DNA of 64,000 bases, from positions 5,712 to 69,711 of the forward strand of contig CADBDH010000007.1 of the NCBI GenBank assembly GCA_902793405.1, given 5' to 3'. The position numbers and the translations under genes are program-made. The notes under the pieces were generated by a model. It saw nothing but the letters and a program-made list of their open reading frames with translations, was not told the origin of the DNA and made no database searches. This document shows positions 18,559 through 27,404 of the stretch, piece after piece. Each line of letters begins with the position of its first letter. The stretch's first letter is position 1. The stretch is from an uncultured Bacteroidales bacterium. Lineage in GTDB: Bacteria > Bacteroidota > Bacteroidia > Bacteroidales > Muribaculaceae.

Positions 18559-18588
18559 GTTGTTTGAGTTGTTCAAGTTGTTTTTAAA
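18559..18588 (-). repeat. Right arm of 30-bp inverted repeat flanking GxxExxY
   Basis: GTTGTTTGAGTTGTTCAAGTTGTTTTTAAA. Confidence 0.9.
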
Positions 18589-18637
18589 CACCCACACAAG
18601 AGTTGTTTTTTATTTTTTGTGGGGTGGGGAGATGGGG

Positions 18638-19669
18638 TTAGAGGTGGCGGGTGGTGCCGCGGACGACGAGGCGGGTTTTGACGATGCGTTTCTCGGCGTG
18701 GTCATGGGGTAGGGTGCCCTCGACGAGGCCGATGAGGATGTCGGCGGCCTCTTTGCCCACCTGGTTGCCGCGTTGCTCGACGGTGGTCAGCATCGGGTCG
18801 CACACCGTGGCGCGGAAGCCGTTGGTGAAGCCGCAGATGCTCACCTCGTCGGGGACGTTATAGCCCATGCGCTTGACCACCGACAGGATGCCGATGGCGG
18901 TCTCGTCGTTGACGGCAAAGAAGGCGTCGGGGCGGTCCTGCATACGCATCATCGCCGGCGTGATGCGCTCGGCATCGGCGCGGTTGTCGCAGATGCGCAC
19001 CAGCGACTCGTCCACCTCCAGCCCATGCTTGTACAGGGCGTCGCGGTAGCCGTTGAAGCGGTTTTTGGCAATCATCATGCTCATGGGCGCGCCATAAAAG
19101 GCCACCCGCCTGCAGCCGGTCTCGATGAGGTGTGACACGGCATTCATGGTGCCCATGTAGTCATCGACGACTACACGGCTGGCATTGAGCGCGGGGCAGA
19201 TGCGGTCATAGAACACCAGGGGCACTCCCGCGGCCTCCAGGTGCTCGAAGTGGTCATAGCGCTCGGTGTCCTTGGCCTGGGAGACGATGATGCCGCACAC
19301 CTTGTTGCGGAGCATCGATTCGCAGATTTCCACCTCCCGCTCATAGCTCTCGTTGCTCTTGGCCACGATGATCTGGTAGCCGCGCGACGAGGCCTCGCTC
19401 TCGATGCCGTCGAGGATTGACGAGAAATAGTAATGCACCAGCTCAGGGACTATCACACCGATGGCGCGAGACGGGTTGCGGCGGCTGTGGCGCAGCTGTT
19501 CGGCAATGACGTTGGGAAAGTAGTTGTGTTCGCGGGCAAACTGTTGGATTTCCTGGCGCCGCTGGCGCGAGATGCTGGGGCTGTCGCTCAGTGCGCGTGA
19601 CACGGTGGCCACCGACACGCCCAACTCGCGAGCGATATCTTTCATTGTCAGTTGTCGTTTGTCATCCAT
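18638..19669 (-). CDS. LacI-family transcriptional regulator (probable starch/maltose repressor)
   Basis: TMKDIARELGVSVATVSRAL HTH plus a periplasmic-binding-fold C-terminus. Divergent from susC. Confidence 0.93.
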   Translation of the reverse strand: MDDKRQLTMKDIARELGVSVATVSRALSDSPSISRQRRQEIQQFAREHNYFPNVIAEQLRHSRRNPSRAIGVIVPELVHYYFSSILDGIESEASSRGYQIIVAKSNESYEREVEICESMLRNKVCGIIVSQAKDTERYDHFEHLEAAGVPLVFYDRICPALNASRVVVDDYMGTMNAVSHLIETGCRRVAFYGAPMSMMIAKNRFNGYRDALYKHGLEVDESLVRICDNRADAERITPAMMRMQDRPDAFFAVNDETAIGILSVVKRMGYNVPDEVSICGFTNGFRATVCDPMLTTVEQRGNQVGKEAADILIGLVEGTLPHDHAEKRIVKTRLVVRGTTRHL

Positions 19670-19756
19670 GACGGTTCGGGTTTTAAAGTATTACTTGAGG
19701 TGGTTATAGTCGTTCATGTCAAAGAATACGCGAAATTACACCAAAGAATCGAATTA

Positions 19757-19770
19757 CGCAAACGATTGCA
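19757..19770. promoter_or_regulatory. LacI-type operator upstream of susC/lacI
   Basis: CGCAAACGATTGCA is a pseudo-palindrome with a central CG, typical of LacI-family sites. A -7 box TATTTTTG lies at 19826-19833. Confidence 0.7.
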
Positions 19771-19961
19771 CGTATTTAATGGAGTTTTTAACATTATAAT
19801 GAAAGAAAAATTTAGCTAAAATCTATATTTTTGCCTTGTTTTAATTGCCTTAAAACGGCCATTTAAGACCAACTTAGACCAGACAAAGCGCTGACATTTG
19901 TCATTTGTTGAAAATTAAATTTTTGATTATCAATATAATATTAACTTTAAAAATTTATTAA

Positions 19962-22900
19962 ATGAAGCAGGTAAACATCAGAATTCCGTTTAGGATTCTA
20001 ACCCTCGTGATGGGACTGTTCCTGTCACTGGGAGCCTATGCACAGATTACTGTGAATGGCATTGTGAAGGATGCTACCGGCGAGCCTGTCATCGGTGCGA
20101 GTGTTCGTGTCGTTGGCACCAATCAGGGTACGGTGACCGACTTTGACGGTCTCTTTACTCTCGATGGCGTGCCCCAGGGCGCCAAGCTCCTGATTACGTC
20201 TATCGGCTATGATGACCACGAGGTCACCGCAGCCAGTGACTTGGTAATTACCATGGCCGAGAGCACCCAGATGCTTGAAAATCTGGTGGTCATCGGTTAT
20301 GGTGTAGTAAAGAAAAACGACTTGACCGGTTCGGTTGCGGCGCTGAAGCCCGACTCCAAGAACAAGGGTGTCGTTGTCAGCGCGCAGGACATGCTCGGCG
20401 GTAAGGTTGCCGGTGTGAGCGTGACCAGCAACGGTGGTGAGCCTGGTGGCGGTGCAAACATCCGCATCCGTGGTGGTTCGTCACTGAACGCCAGCAACAA
20501 CCCCCTGATCGTGATCGATGGTATCGCCATGGATAATAACGGCGTTAGCGGTCTGTCCAACCCCCTGTCACTGGTTAACCCCCAGGACATCGAGAGCTTC
20601 AACGTCTTGAAGGACGCATCGGCAACCGCCATCTATGGTAGCCGTGGTTCTAACGGTGTCATCATCATCACCACCAAGAAGGGTCGTCGCGGCCAGCGTC
20701 CCTCCGTTTCTTACAACGGTAGTGCGACCTGGAGTATGAAGAAAAAGACCATCGACGTGATGAACGGTGACGAGTACCGTGACTTCGTGAAGAAGATCTT
20801 TGCCGGCAACACCCGCGAGGATAACGCACTGTCGCTGCTTGGCAATGCCAACACCGATTGGCAGAACGAGATTTACCGCACGGCCTTCAGCCACGATCAC
20901 AACCTGACCGTAGCAGGCTCGGTGGGACAAATCCTTCCCTATCGCGTTTCGGCCGGTTACACCGACCAGCAGGGTATCCTCAAGACCTCTGACTTCAAGC
21001 GCTACACCGTGGCCCTGAACCTGAACCCCTCACTGTTTGACGATCACCTGACCTTGAACCTGAGCGGTAAGATGGCTTGGACCAAGTCGCGCTGGGCCGA
21101 CACCGGTGCTGTGGGCAATGCCGTCCGCATGGACCCGACCCAGCCCATTCGCAGCGATGACTCGAAGTATGGTGACATGGGTGGCTACTTTGAGTGGCTC
21201 CAGGTGAATGGCTCGGATGATGGTTGGCCCTACACCAAGAACACCAATGCCCCCTACAACCCCGTGGCTATGCTCGACAACCATGACAACAGTGGTAAGG
21301 CCCACTCGTTCATCGGTACTGCCGAGATCGACTATAAGATCCACGGCTTTGAGGACTTGAGACTGCACCTCACCTTGGGTGGCGACTTCACTGGCGGTAA
21401 TGGCCACAACATCAGCACCAATGTCTCCAATACCTCCAACTACTGGGGCAATACCAGCTATTACACCCAGAGCAAGGAGAACTTGCAGTTGAGCACCTAT
21501 GCTCAGTACTTCAAGGACTTTAACGACAAGCACCACTTCGACATCATGGCCGGTTACGAGTGGCAGCACAACTGGCGCAAGGAGTATAACGAGTCATGGG
21601 GTACCTATCCCGCCACCACGGCTCTCGTGTTCACCGAGGCTGACGCCAAGAACGGCGCTCTGACGGTTGCTCCTGGTCAGTGGATTCCCGCTGCTACCTA
21701 CAATGTGGGCGACAGCAAGGCCGGCGCAATCCGTGCCGAGGGCGTTTACCGCCAGAACAACGGCTTGGGTTACCGCACCGAGAACTTCCTGGTATCGTTC
21801 TTTGGCCGTGCCAACTACAGCTATGACAGCCGCTATCTGTTGACCTTCACCATGCGTTATGACGGTTCGTCGCGCTTCAAGAAGCACTGGGCACTGTTCC
21901 CCTCGGCAGCCCTGGCATGGAAGATCAACGAGGAAGAGTTCATGAAGGAAGGTCCCTTCAGCGACCTGAAGCTGCGTCTCGGTTGGGGTAAGACCGGTCA
22001 GCAGGAAGGCATCGGCGACTACAACTACTTTGCCACCTACGTGATGAGCAACGGTAGCATGGGTTCGTTCTATGATGTTTCAGGCGACGGCTCCAAGGCT
22101 AGGCCCAACGTTTACAACCCCGAGTTGAAGTGGGAGACCACCACGACGACCAACATCGGTCTGGACTGGGGTGTCATGAACCAGCGTCTGAGCGGTAGCA
22201 TCGACTGGTACTATCGCAAGACTACCGACCTGTTGAACTGGGCAACCTTCCCGGCAATGGCCAACTTCCGCAACGCGTTCTACAAGAACATCGGTTCGCT
22301 GCGCAACACCGGTATCGAGATGTCCATCAACTGGAAGGCCATCAGCACCAACGACCTGTTGTGGACCATCGACTATAACCTGACCTACAACAGCAACAAG
22401 GTTCTTGAGCTCATCGGCGACGATCCTGACTACTTCGTGACCACTGGCGGTATCGGCATCAACGGTTCGGCCCAGGCTCACGTGGCAGGTTATCCCTCCA
22501 ACAGCTTCTACGTTTACCAGCAGGTTTACGACCAGGATGGCAAGCCCATCGAGGGCCAGGTGGTTGACCGCAATGGTGATGGCGCTATCAGTGACGCCGA
22601 CAAGTATCTGTACAAGTCACCGTGGGCTCCCGTGACCATGGGTCTGGGCTCACGTCTGGATTGGAAGAACTGGGACTTCGGTTTCAACCTGCGTGCCAGC
22701 ATCGGCAACTATCTGTTCAACAATGTGATGCAGGGTTATCACAATGTGAGTCCCGCTGCTGTATTCGAGGAGGTCAGCGGCTTCTATCTGAACAACCGTC
22801 CCAAGGCTTCGGTTGAGATGGGCTGGCAGACCTATAGCAACCACGCTATCTTCAGCGACTACTGGGTACAGAATGCTTCGTTCCTCAAGTGTGACAACAT

Positions 22901-23099
22901 CACCCTGGGTTACAGCTTCAACAACCTGTTCAAGCATGGCAGCTACAACGGTGTGGGCGGCCGTATCTACGGTACCGTCAGCAACGTGTTCTGCATCACC
23001 AAGTATGATGGCATCGATCCCGAGGTATTCGGTGGTATCGGCGGCGACATCTTCCCGCGTCCCATCTCGTATATCGTTGGTCTGAGCCTCAACTTCTAA
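19962..23099 (+). CDS. susC: SusC/RagA TonB-dependent receptor
   Basis: CarboxypepD-like N-domain, plug signature VLKDASATAIYGSRGSNGVIIITTKKG, and C-terminal GLSLNF. Confidence 0.96.
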   Translation: MKQVNIRIPFRILTLVMGLFLSLGAYAQITVNGIVKDATGEPVIGASVRVVGTNQGTVTDFDGLFTLDGVPQGAKLLITSIGYDDHEVTAASDLVITMAESTQMLENLVVIGYGVVKKNDLTGSVAALKPDSKNKGVVVSAQDMLGGKVAGVSVTSNGGEPGGGANIRIRGGSSLNASNNPLIVIDGIAMDNNGVSGLSNPLSLVNPQDIESFNVLKDASATAIYGSRGSNGVIIITTKKGRRGQRPSVSYNGSATWSMKKKTIDVMNGDEYRDFVKKIFAGNTREDNALSLLGNANTDWQNEIYRTAFSHDHNLTVAGSVGQILPYRVSAGYTDQQGILKTSDFKRYTVALNLNPSLFDDHLTLNLSGKMAWTKSRWADTGAVGNAVRMDPTQPIRSDDSKYGDMGGYFEWLQVNGSDDGWPYTKNTNAPYNPVAMLDNHDNSGKAHSFIGTAEIDYKIHGFEDLRLHLTLGGDFTGGNGHNISTNVSNTSNYWGNTSYYTQSKENLQLSTYAQYFKDFNDKHHFDIMAGYEWQHNWRKEYNESWGTYPATTALVFTEADAKNGALTVAPGQWIPAATYNVGDSKAGAIRAEGVYRQNNGLGYRTENFLVSFFGRANYSYDSRYLLTFTMRYDGSSRFKKHWALFPSAALAWKINEEEFMKEGPFSDLKLRLGWGKTGQQEGIGDYNYFATYVMSNGSMGSFYDVSGDGSKARPNVYNPELKWETTTTTNIGLDWGVMNQRLSGSIDWYYRKTTDLLNWATFPAMANFRNAFYKNIGSLRNTGIEMSINWKAISTNDLLWTIDYNLTYNSNKVLELIGDDPDYFVTTGGIGINGSAQAHVAGYPSNSFYVYQQVYDQDGKPIEGQVVDRNGDGAISDADKYLYKSPWAPVTMGLGSRLDWKNWDFGFNLRASIGNYLFNNVMQGYHNVSPAAVFEEVSGFYLNNRPKASVEMGWQTYSNHAIFSDYWVQNASFLKCDNITLGYSFNNLFKHGSYNGVGGRIYGTVSNVFCITKYDGIDPEVFGGIGGDIFPRPISYIVGLSLNF

Positions 23100-23143
23100 T
23101 CGCGTTGATACATTATACTAATTTATTAATTAGATTGATCACA

Positions 23144-24811
23144 ATGAATAAGTTTTTCAAATATATATTGAGTGCTGCTGTGGTGCTGATGATGACTGGT
23201 GGTCTTACCTCCTGTATCAACGACCTGGATGTGGAGCCCATCGATCCCTCGTTGCAGGGCGATGTCACTCCCGAGCAGCTGTTCAACAAGTGCTATTCTG
23301 TCTTCGCCACCTCGGGTAACAACGGTGGTGACGACAATGTTGACGTTGACGGTCTTGACGGCGGTTTCCAGCACAAGTACCGCCAGATGTGGAACTCCAA
23401 CGAGTTGACCACCGACGAGGCCATCTGCGGTTGGGGTGATGAGGGTATTCCTTCCTATTGCCACAACACCTACGACGCCAGCCACCCGATGCTGCGCGGT
23501 TACTACTATGGCCTGTGTATCGGTATCACCTTCTGCAACCAGTATATCTCAGAGTTTGGTGACTATGATGCAGCGATGACTGCCGAGATCCGCTTCCTGC
23601 GTGCCTTCCAGTTCTATCTGCTGACCGATGCCTTTGGCAACATCCCCTTTGCTACCGCTATCACGGGTGAGAACCCCGAGCAGTACACCCGTGCTCAGGT
23701 GTGCGAGTTCATCGAGAGTGAGCTCAAGGACATCATCGGCGAGGGCGAAAGCAATGCATACACCCTGAATGATCCTAAGCCCAAGAAATATGGCGAGGCA
23801 GGTTATGGCCGCGTCGACAAGGCTGCTGCCTGGATGCTGCTGGCCCGCTTGTATCTGAACAGTGAGGTTTACACCGGCACTCCCCGTTGGCAAGAGGCTG
23901 CTAACTATGCCAAGAAGGTGATGGATTCGCCCTATAAGCTGCACACCACCGGCTATGCTGGCGTTGGTGTCGACGGCGTTTACCGCGAGTACACTCCTTA
24001 CCAGATGCTGTTCATGGGTGACAACAGCAAGACTGATGCTGCCTATGAGGCTGTATTCCCTGTAATCCAAGATGGTCTGCGCACCACTTCTTGGGGTGGT
24101 ACCAACTTCCTGATCTGCTCGACTGTAGATGCCGATGTTCACCCCAACGCCTATGACGAGACCGAGGTCAATGGTCTTTATAACAACAGCACTTGGGGTG
24201 GCAACCGTGCCCGTCCCGAGCTGGTTCGCCTGTTCTTCCCCAACGATGACGCTCCCGAGGCTCATGCCTATATCGTAGCCGAAGTCGCTGAAGACGATCG
24301 CGCCCTGTTCGAGACCGATGGCCGCTTCCTCAATGTTGAGGATGAGTCCAACTTCAAGTATGGCTATGCCGTTGCCAAGTTCAACAACTTCAAGTGTGAC
24401 GGAAGCAAGGGCAGTGACATTACCTTTGCCGACTCGCACCTGTTCTATATGCGTGTGGCCGAGGCTTACCTGACCTATGCCGAGGCTTTGACCCGCCTGA
24501 ACGGTGATGTGGCTCCCACCGATGCCGTGATAGCCATCAATGCCGTTCGTGGACGTGCCCACGCACAGCAGCGCAACCGCTACACGCTCAGCCAGATTCT
24601 CGATGAGTGGGGCCGTGAGTTCTACTTCGAGGGCCGTCGCCGCGTGGACTTGATCCGCTTTGGCAAGTTTGGTGGCAACACCGACTACCAGTGGCAGTGG
24701 AAGGGTGGCTCCTATGCTGGACGTGACTTCGAAGCATTCCGCAATGTGTTTGCCATTCCCACCGATGACCTGATTGCTAACTCCAATTTGAAGCAGAATC
24801 CCGGTTATTGA
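23144..24811 (+). CDS. susD: SusD/RagB nutrient-binding lipoprotein
   Basis: Lipobox ending LTSC. Motifs AEIRFLRA, AAWMLLARLYLN, ILDEWGREFYFEGRRRVDLIRFG and terminal QNPGY. Start at ATG 23144. Confidence 0.95.
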   Translation: MNKFFKYILSAAVVLMMTGGLTSCINDLDVEPIDPSLQGDVTPEQLFNKCYSVFATSGNNGGDDNVDVDGLDGGFQHKYRQMWNSNELTTDEAICGWGDEGIPSYCHNTYDASHPMLRGYYYGLCIGITFCNQYISEFGDYDAAMTAEIRFLRAFQFYLLTDAFGNIPFATAITGENPEQYTRAQVCEFIESELKDIIGEGESNAYTLNDPKPKKYGEAGYGRVDKAAAWMLLARLYLNSEVYTGTPRWQEAANYAKKVMDSPYKLHTTGYAGVGVDGVYREYTPYQMLFMGDNSKTDAAYEAVFPVIQDGLRTTSWGGTNFLICSTVDADVHPNAYDETEVNGLYNNSTWGGNRARPELVRLFFPNDDAPEAHAYIVAEVAEDDRALFETDGRFLNVEDESNFKYGYAVAKFNNFKCDGSKGSDITFADSHLFYMRVAEAYLTYAEALTRLNGDVAPTDAVIAINAVRGRAHAQQRNRYTLSQILDEWGREFYFEGRRRVDLIRFGKFGGNTDYQWQWKGGSYAGRDFEAFRNVFAIPTDDLIANSNLKQNPGY

Positions 24812-24852
24812 TGCAATTGTAATGTCTAACATTTAATAATGACGATAAGAAC

Positions 24853-26049
24853 ATGAAAAAGATATTTTTATCATCACTGATGCTGCTGGGCATGGCACTC
24901 GTGTTCACTGCATGCCAGGATGACCGTGATTCCAACCCCACGCTGGTGCAGCCCGACTCGTTCAAGCTCAACAACCCCGTTAACACGCTGGTTGACTTGG
25001 CTGCTTCGACGGCTATTCCTTTCGAGTGGTCTCAGCCCGATTTCGGTGGATGGCCTGCTGCTTGTGAGTATCAGCTCGAGGTTTCTGTCTTTAACGATCC
25101 CTCAGAGTGGACGATATCGACCACCGATGCCGATGAGGATACTACTGGAACGGTATTTGCCAACTATGCCACATTGAAGACTGTATATAAAAGTTGCTCG
25201 GGTAACATGGATGTCGTTGACCTGAACAAGGCTCTGAATAAGATTTTCTTGTGGGAGGAAGGCGATGTTCCCCAGGAGGTGACTGTCTATGTGCGTTGCC
25301 GTGCCATCACTGCTGGCGCTAAGCCGGTTTACTCTAATCTGGTAAGCCTTACCGTGAATCCCTATTATGTTGACACCAGTAGCGAGGTTAGCGATGAGAT
25401 TCAGCTGTGGTACCTCATCGGTGCTTGCATTGGTGACGGTTCATGGAGCATTAGTGGCGACGTGGGTGTATCTATGATCCCGATGTATCCTGTTTATAAA
25501 GATGATGGCAGCGTAGTACCCGGTGAAATCCAGTATGTGGGTTACTTCCCCGCCGATCAGGGCTTCAAGCTCATCCAGGTTCCTGGTTCATGGGACGCTC
25601 AGTGGGGCCAGGGCGATGCCGGCTACGTCAAGAATGACGGTGGCAGCAGTGACATTAAGCTTCCTGCCGATGGTTACTACATGATCCACCTGAACACCGC
25701 TACCGACGAGCTCACCATCGAGCCTTACGTCCTGGCTGTGGGTGTTTACAGCATGATTGCTATGCCTGGTGCATATCAGGATTGGAACACTGGTGACAAC
25801 TTCATGAACGCCATGAGCACCCTTGACAATGTTGAGAACCATGACTGGTACCTGAAGGATGTGACCTATGATGACACCGAGCTCAAGTTTGCTGCCGACA
25901 ACAGTTGGGATGTAAACTGGGGTGCTACCGGCTTCCCGCATGGCCAGGGTACTCAGGGCGGTCCCAACATCACGGTTCCTGCCGGTACCTATGATGTGTA
26001 CTTCAACGATATTCTGGGCACCTACAACTTTGTCCCGAAGAATAATTAA
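24853..26049 (+). CDS. SusE-like outer-membrane starch-binding lipoprotein
   Basis: Lipobox ending FTAC. SusE-type N-domain (FEWSQPDFGG) and two CBM-like modules (ELKFAADNSWDVNWG...GTYDVYFNDI). Confidence 0.85.
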   Translation: MKKIFLSSLMLLGMALVFTACQDDRDSNPTLVQPDSFKLNNPVNTLVDLAASTAIPFEWSQPDFGGWPAACEYQLEVSVFNDPSEWTISTTDADEDTTGTVFANYATLKTVYKSCSGNMDVVDLNKALNKIFLWEEGDVPQEVTVYVRCRAITAGAKPVYSNLVSLTVNPYYVDTSSEVSDEIQLWYLIGACIGDGSWSISGDVGVSMIPMYPVYKDDGSVVPGEIQYVGYFPADQGFKLIQVPGSWDAQWGQGDAGYVKNDGGSSDIKLPADGYYMIHLNTATDELTIEPYVLAVGVYSMIAMPGAYQDWNTGDNFMNAMSTLDNVENHDWYLKDVTYDDTELKFAADNSWDVNWGATGFPHGQGTQGGPNITVPAGTYDVYFNDILGTYNFVPKNN

Positions 26050-26051
26050 TA

Positions 26052-26165
26052 ATGTAGTTGTAAGTTTTAAGTTTTTAGTTTTAAGTAAAGATTCCTTAGC
26101 TTTAATGTTTTTCAGGCGATAGTAATATTACTTATCACTTAAAACTTACAACTTAAAAACTTAAA
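26052..26165. repeat. Inverted pair of heptamer arrays (TTTAAGT-type x5, then ACTTAAA-type x5)
   Basis: 26052-26086 ATGTAGT TGTAAGT TTTAAGT TTTTAGT TTTAAGT. 26130-26165 ACTTATC ACTTAAA ACTTACA ACTTAAA (A) ACTTAAA. Confidence 0.85.
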
Positions 26166-26172
26166 AGATAAC

Positions 26173-27252
26173 ATGAAGAAGTTTTTATATATTGCTGCAA
26201 CTGCCTTGTTGCTCGCAAGCTGTACCGAGGATTTCAAGGACTGGGCCGAGCCCCAGAGCAATCCTCAGGATGAAGTGATTACCTTCGGCAATGGTTCGGT
26301 GAAATCTGTTGGAGTAATTGACTTAGCCTTGGTGACCGAGAACATCGTCAAGGTGTGCGACATCATCGCACCCTCTTCCAGCGACACTACTTACGCTCCT
26401 GAATATACCATCTATCTCAATGGCGAACCTTTTGCCTTGGGTACCGATGGTACGATGGACGCTGGGGCTCTTTCCAACTATGTGGTATCGCTTTTTGGCA
26501 AGGCTCCCGAGCCTCGCACGCTCACTGCACAGGTCGTATGGCTGATGACCAATGGTGTGACTTCCACTACCTTCAAGAGCGACCCCTTTGAGATTACCGT
26601 TATTCCCGCTCCCATGGCAGTGCCCGACCTGTGGTACCTCGTGGGCTCGTGCATCGGTGACGGTTCGTGGGGCAATGATGCCGCCAACATTGGCAAGGCA
26701 TTGATTCCCATGTACTCCAATGACGTGGAAGACTTCTCAGTTCTGGTTTATGCTGGCTACTTCCCCGCCGGACAGGGCTTCAAGCTCATCCATCAGCCCG
26801 GCAACTGGGACGAGCAGTGGGGTATGAAGGACGGTCTCCTCGTGAAGAACGATGGCGGCAGCAGTAACATTGAGGTGCCTGAGGACGGTTACTATCAGTT
26901 GACCTACGACTTGAACACCGATGTGCTCACTATGGAGCCCTTCTACGGTGCCGTCGGCGTCTATGCCACCATGGGCATGCCTGGTGATTATCAGGGCTGG
27001 GATCCGGGTGCAACCCTCTTGGCTCCCATGAGCACCGTAACCGAGAACCATGACTGGATGCTGGTACAGACCTTCGAGGACAACACCGAGCTCAAGTTTG
27101 CCGCCAACGGTGGCTGGGCAGTGAACTGGGGTAGCAATACCTTCCCCCTGGGCACTGGTGTACAGAATGGCGCCAACATCCCCGTTGAGGTTGGTACCTA
27201 CAGGATTGTCTTTAACGACCTTTTGGGCAAGTACTACTTCATCATGATGTAA
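26173..27252 (+). CDS. SusF-like outer-membrane starch-binding lipoprotein
   Basis: Lipobox ending LASC. The C-terminal CBM pair is strongly similar to the preceding gene (LWYLVGSCIGDGSW...ELKFAANGGWAVNWG). Confidence 0.82.
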   Translation: MKKFLYIAATALLLASCTEDFKDWAEPQSNPQDEVITFGNGSVKSVGVIDLALVTENIVKVCDIIAPSSSDTTYAPEYTIYLNGEPFALGTDGTMDAGALSNYVVSLFGKAPEPRTLTAQVVWLMTNGVTSTTFKSDPFEITVIPAPMAVPDLWYLVGSCIGDGSWGNDAANIGKALIPMYSNDVEDFSVLVYAGYFPAGQGFKLIHQPGNWDEQWGMKDGLLVKNDGGSSNIEVPEDGYYQLTYDLNTDVLTMEPFYGAVGVYATMGMPGDYQGWDPGATLLAPMSTVTENHDWMLVQTFEDNTELKFAANGGWAVNWGSNTFPLGTGVQNGANIPVEVGTYRIVFNDLLGKYYFIMM

Positions 27253-27279
27253 GCACTTGACATCAACATGATTTCCCTG

Positions 27280-27311
27280 GCGGGGGCGTGCCACTTGAGG
27301 CGCGCCCCCGC
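27280..27311 (+). terminator. GC-rich hairpin ending the sus operon
   Basis: GCGGGGGCGTGCC-ACTTGA-GGCGCGCCCCCGC. The T-tail is weak. Confidence 0.65.
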
Positions 27312-27314
27312 TAT

Positions 27315-27328
27315 TGTAATCGCTTGCT
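27315..27328. promoter_or_regulatory. Candidate third LacI-type operator upstream of the amylase
   Basis: TGTAATCGCTTGCT has one mismatch to GCAAnCGnTTGC. A -7 box TAATTTTG lies at 27375-27382. Confidence 0.45.
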
Positions 27329-27404
27329 GGTAAAATAATTTGTGATTTTTCTTGGCATTTTGCGTGACTTGCATTAATTTTGTGGGAAGAATAACCAATT
27401 CAAA

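Noticed and set aside
18051-18588. Classical IS element
   Set aside because: Inverted repeats are present, but the ORF is not a recognisable DDE, HUH or serine/tyrosine recombinase, and no target-site duplication is visible. Kept only as an atypical cassette hypothesis.
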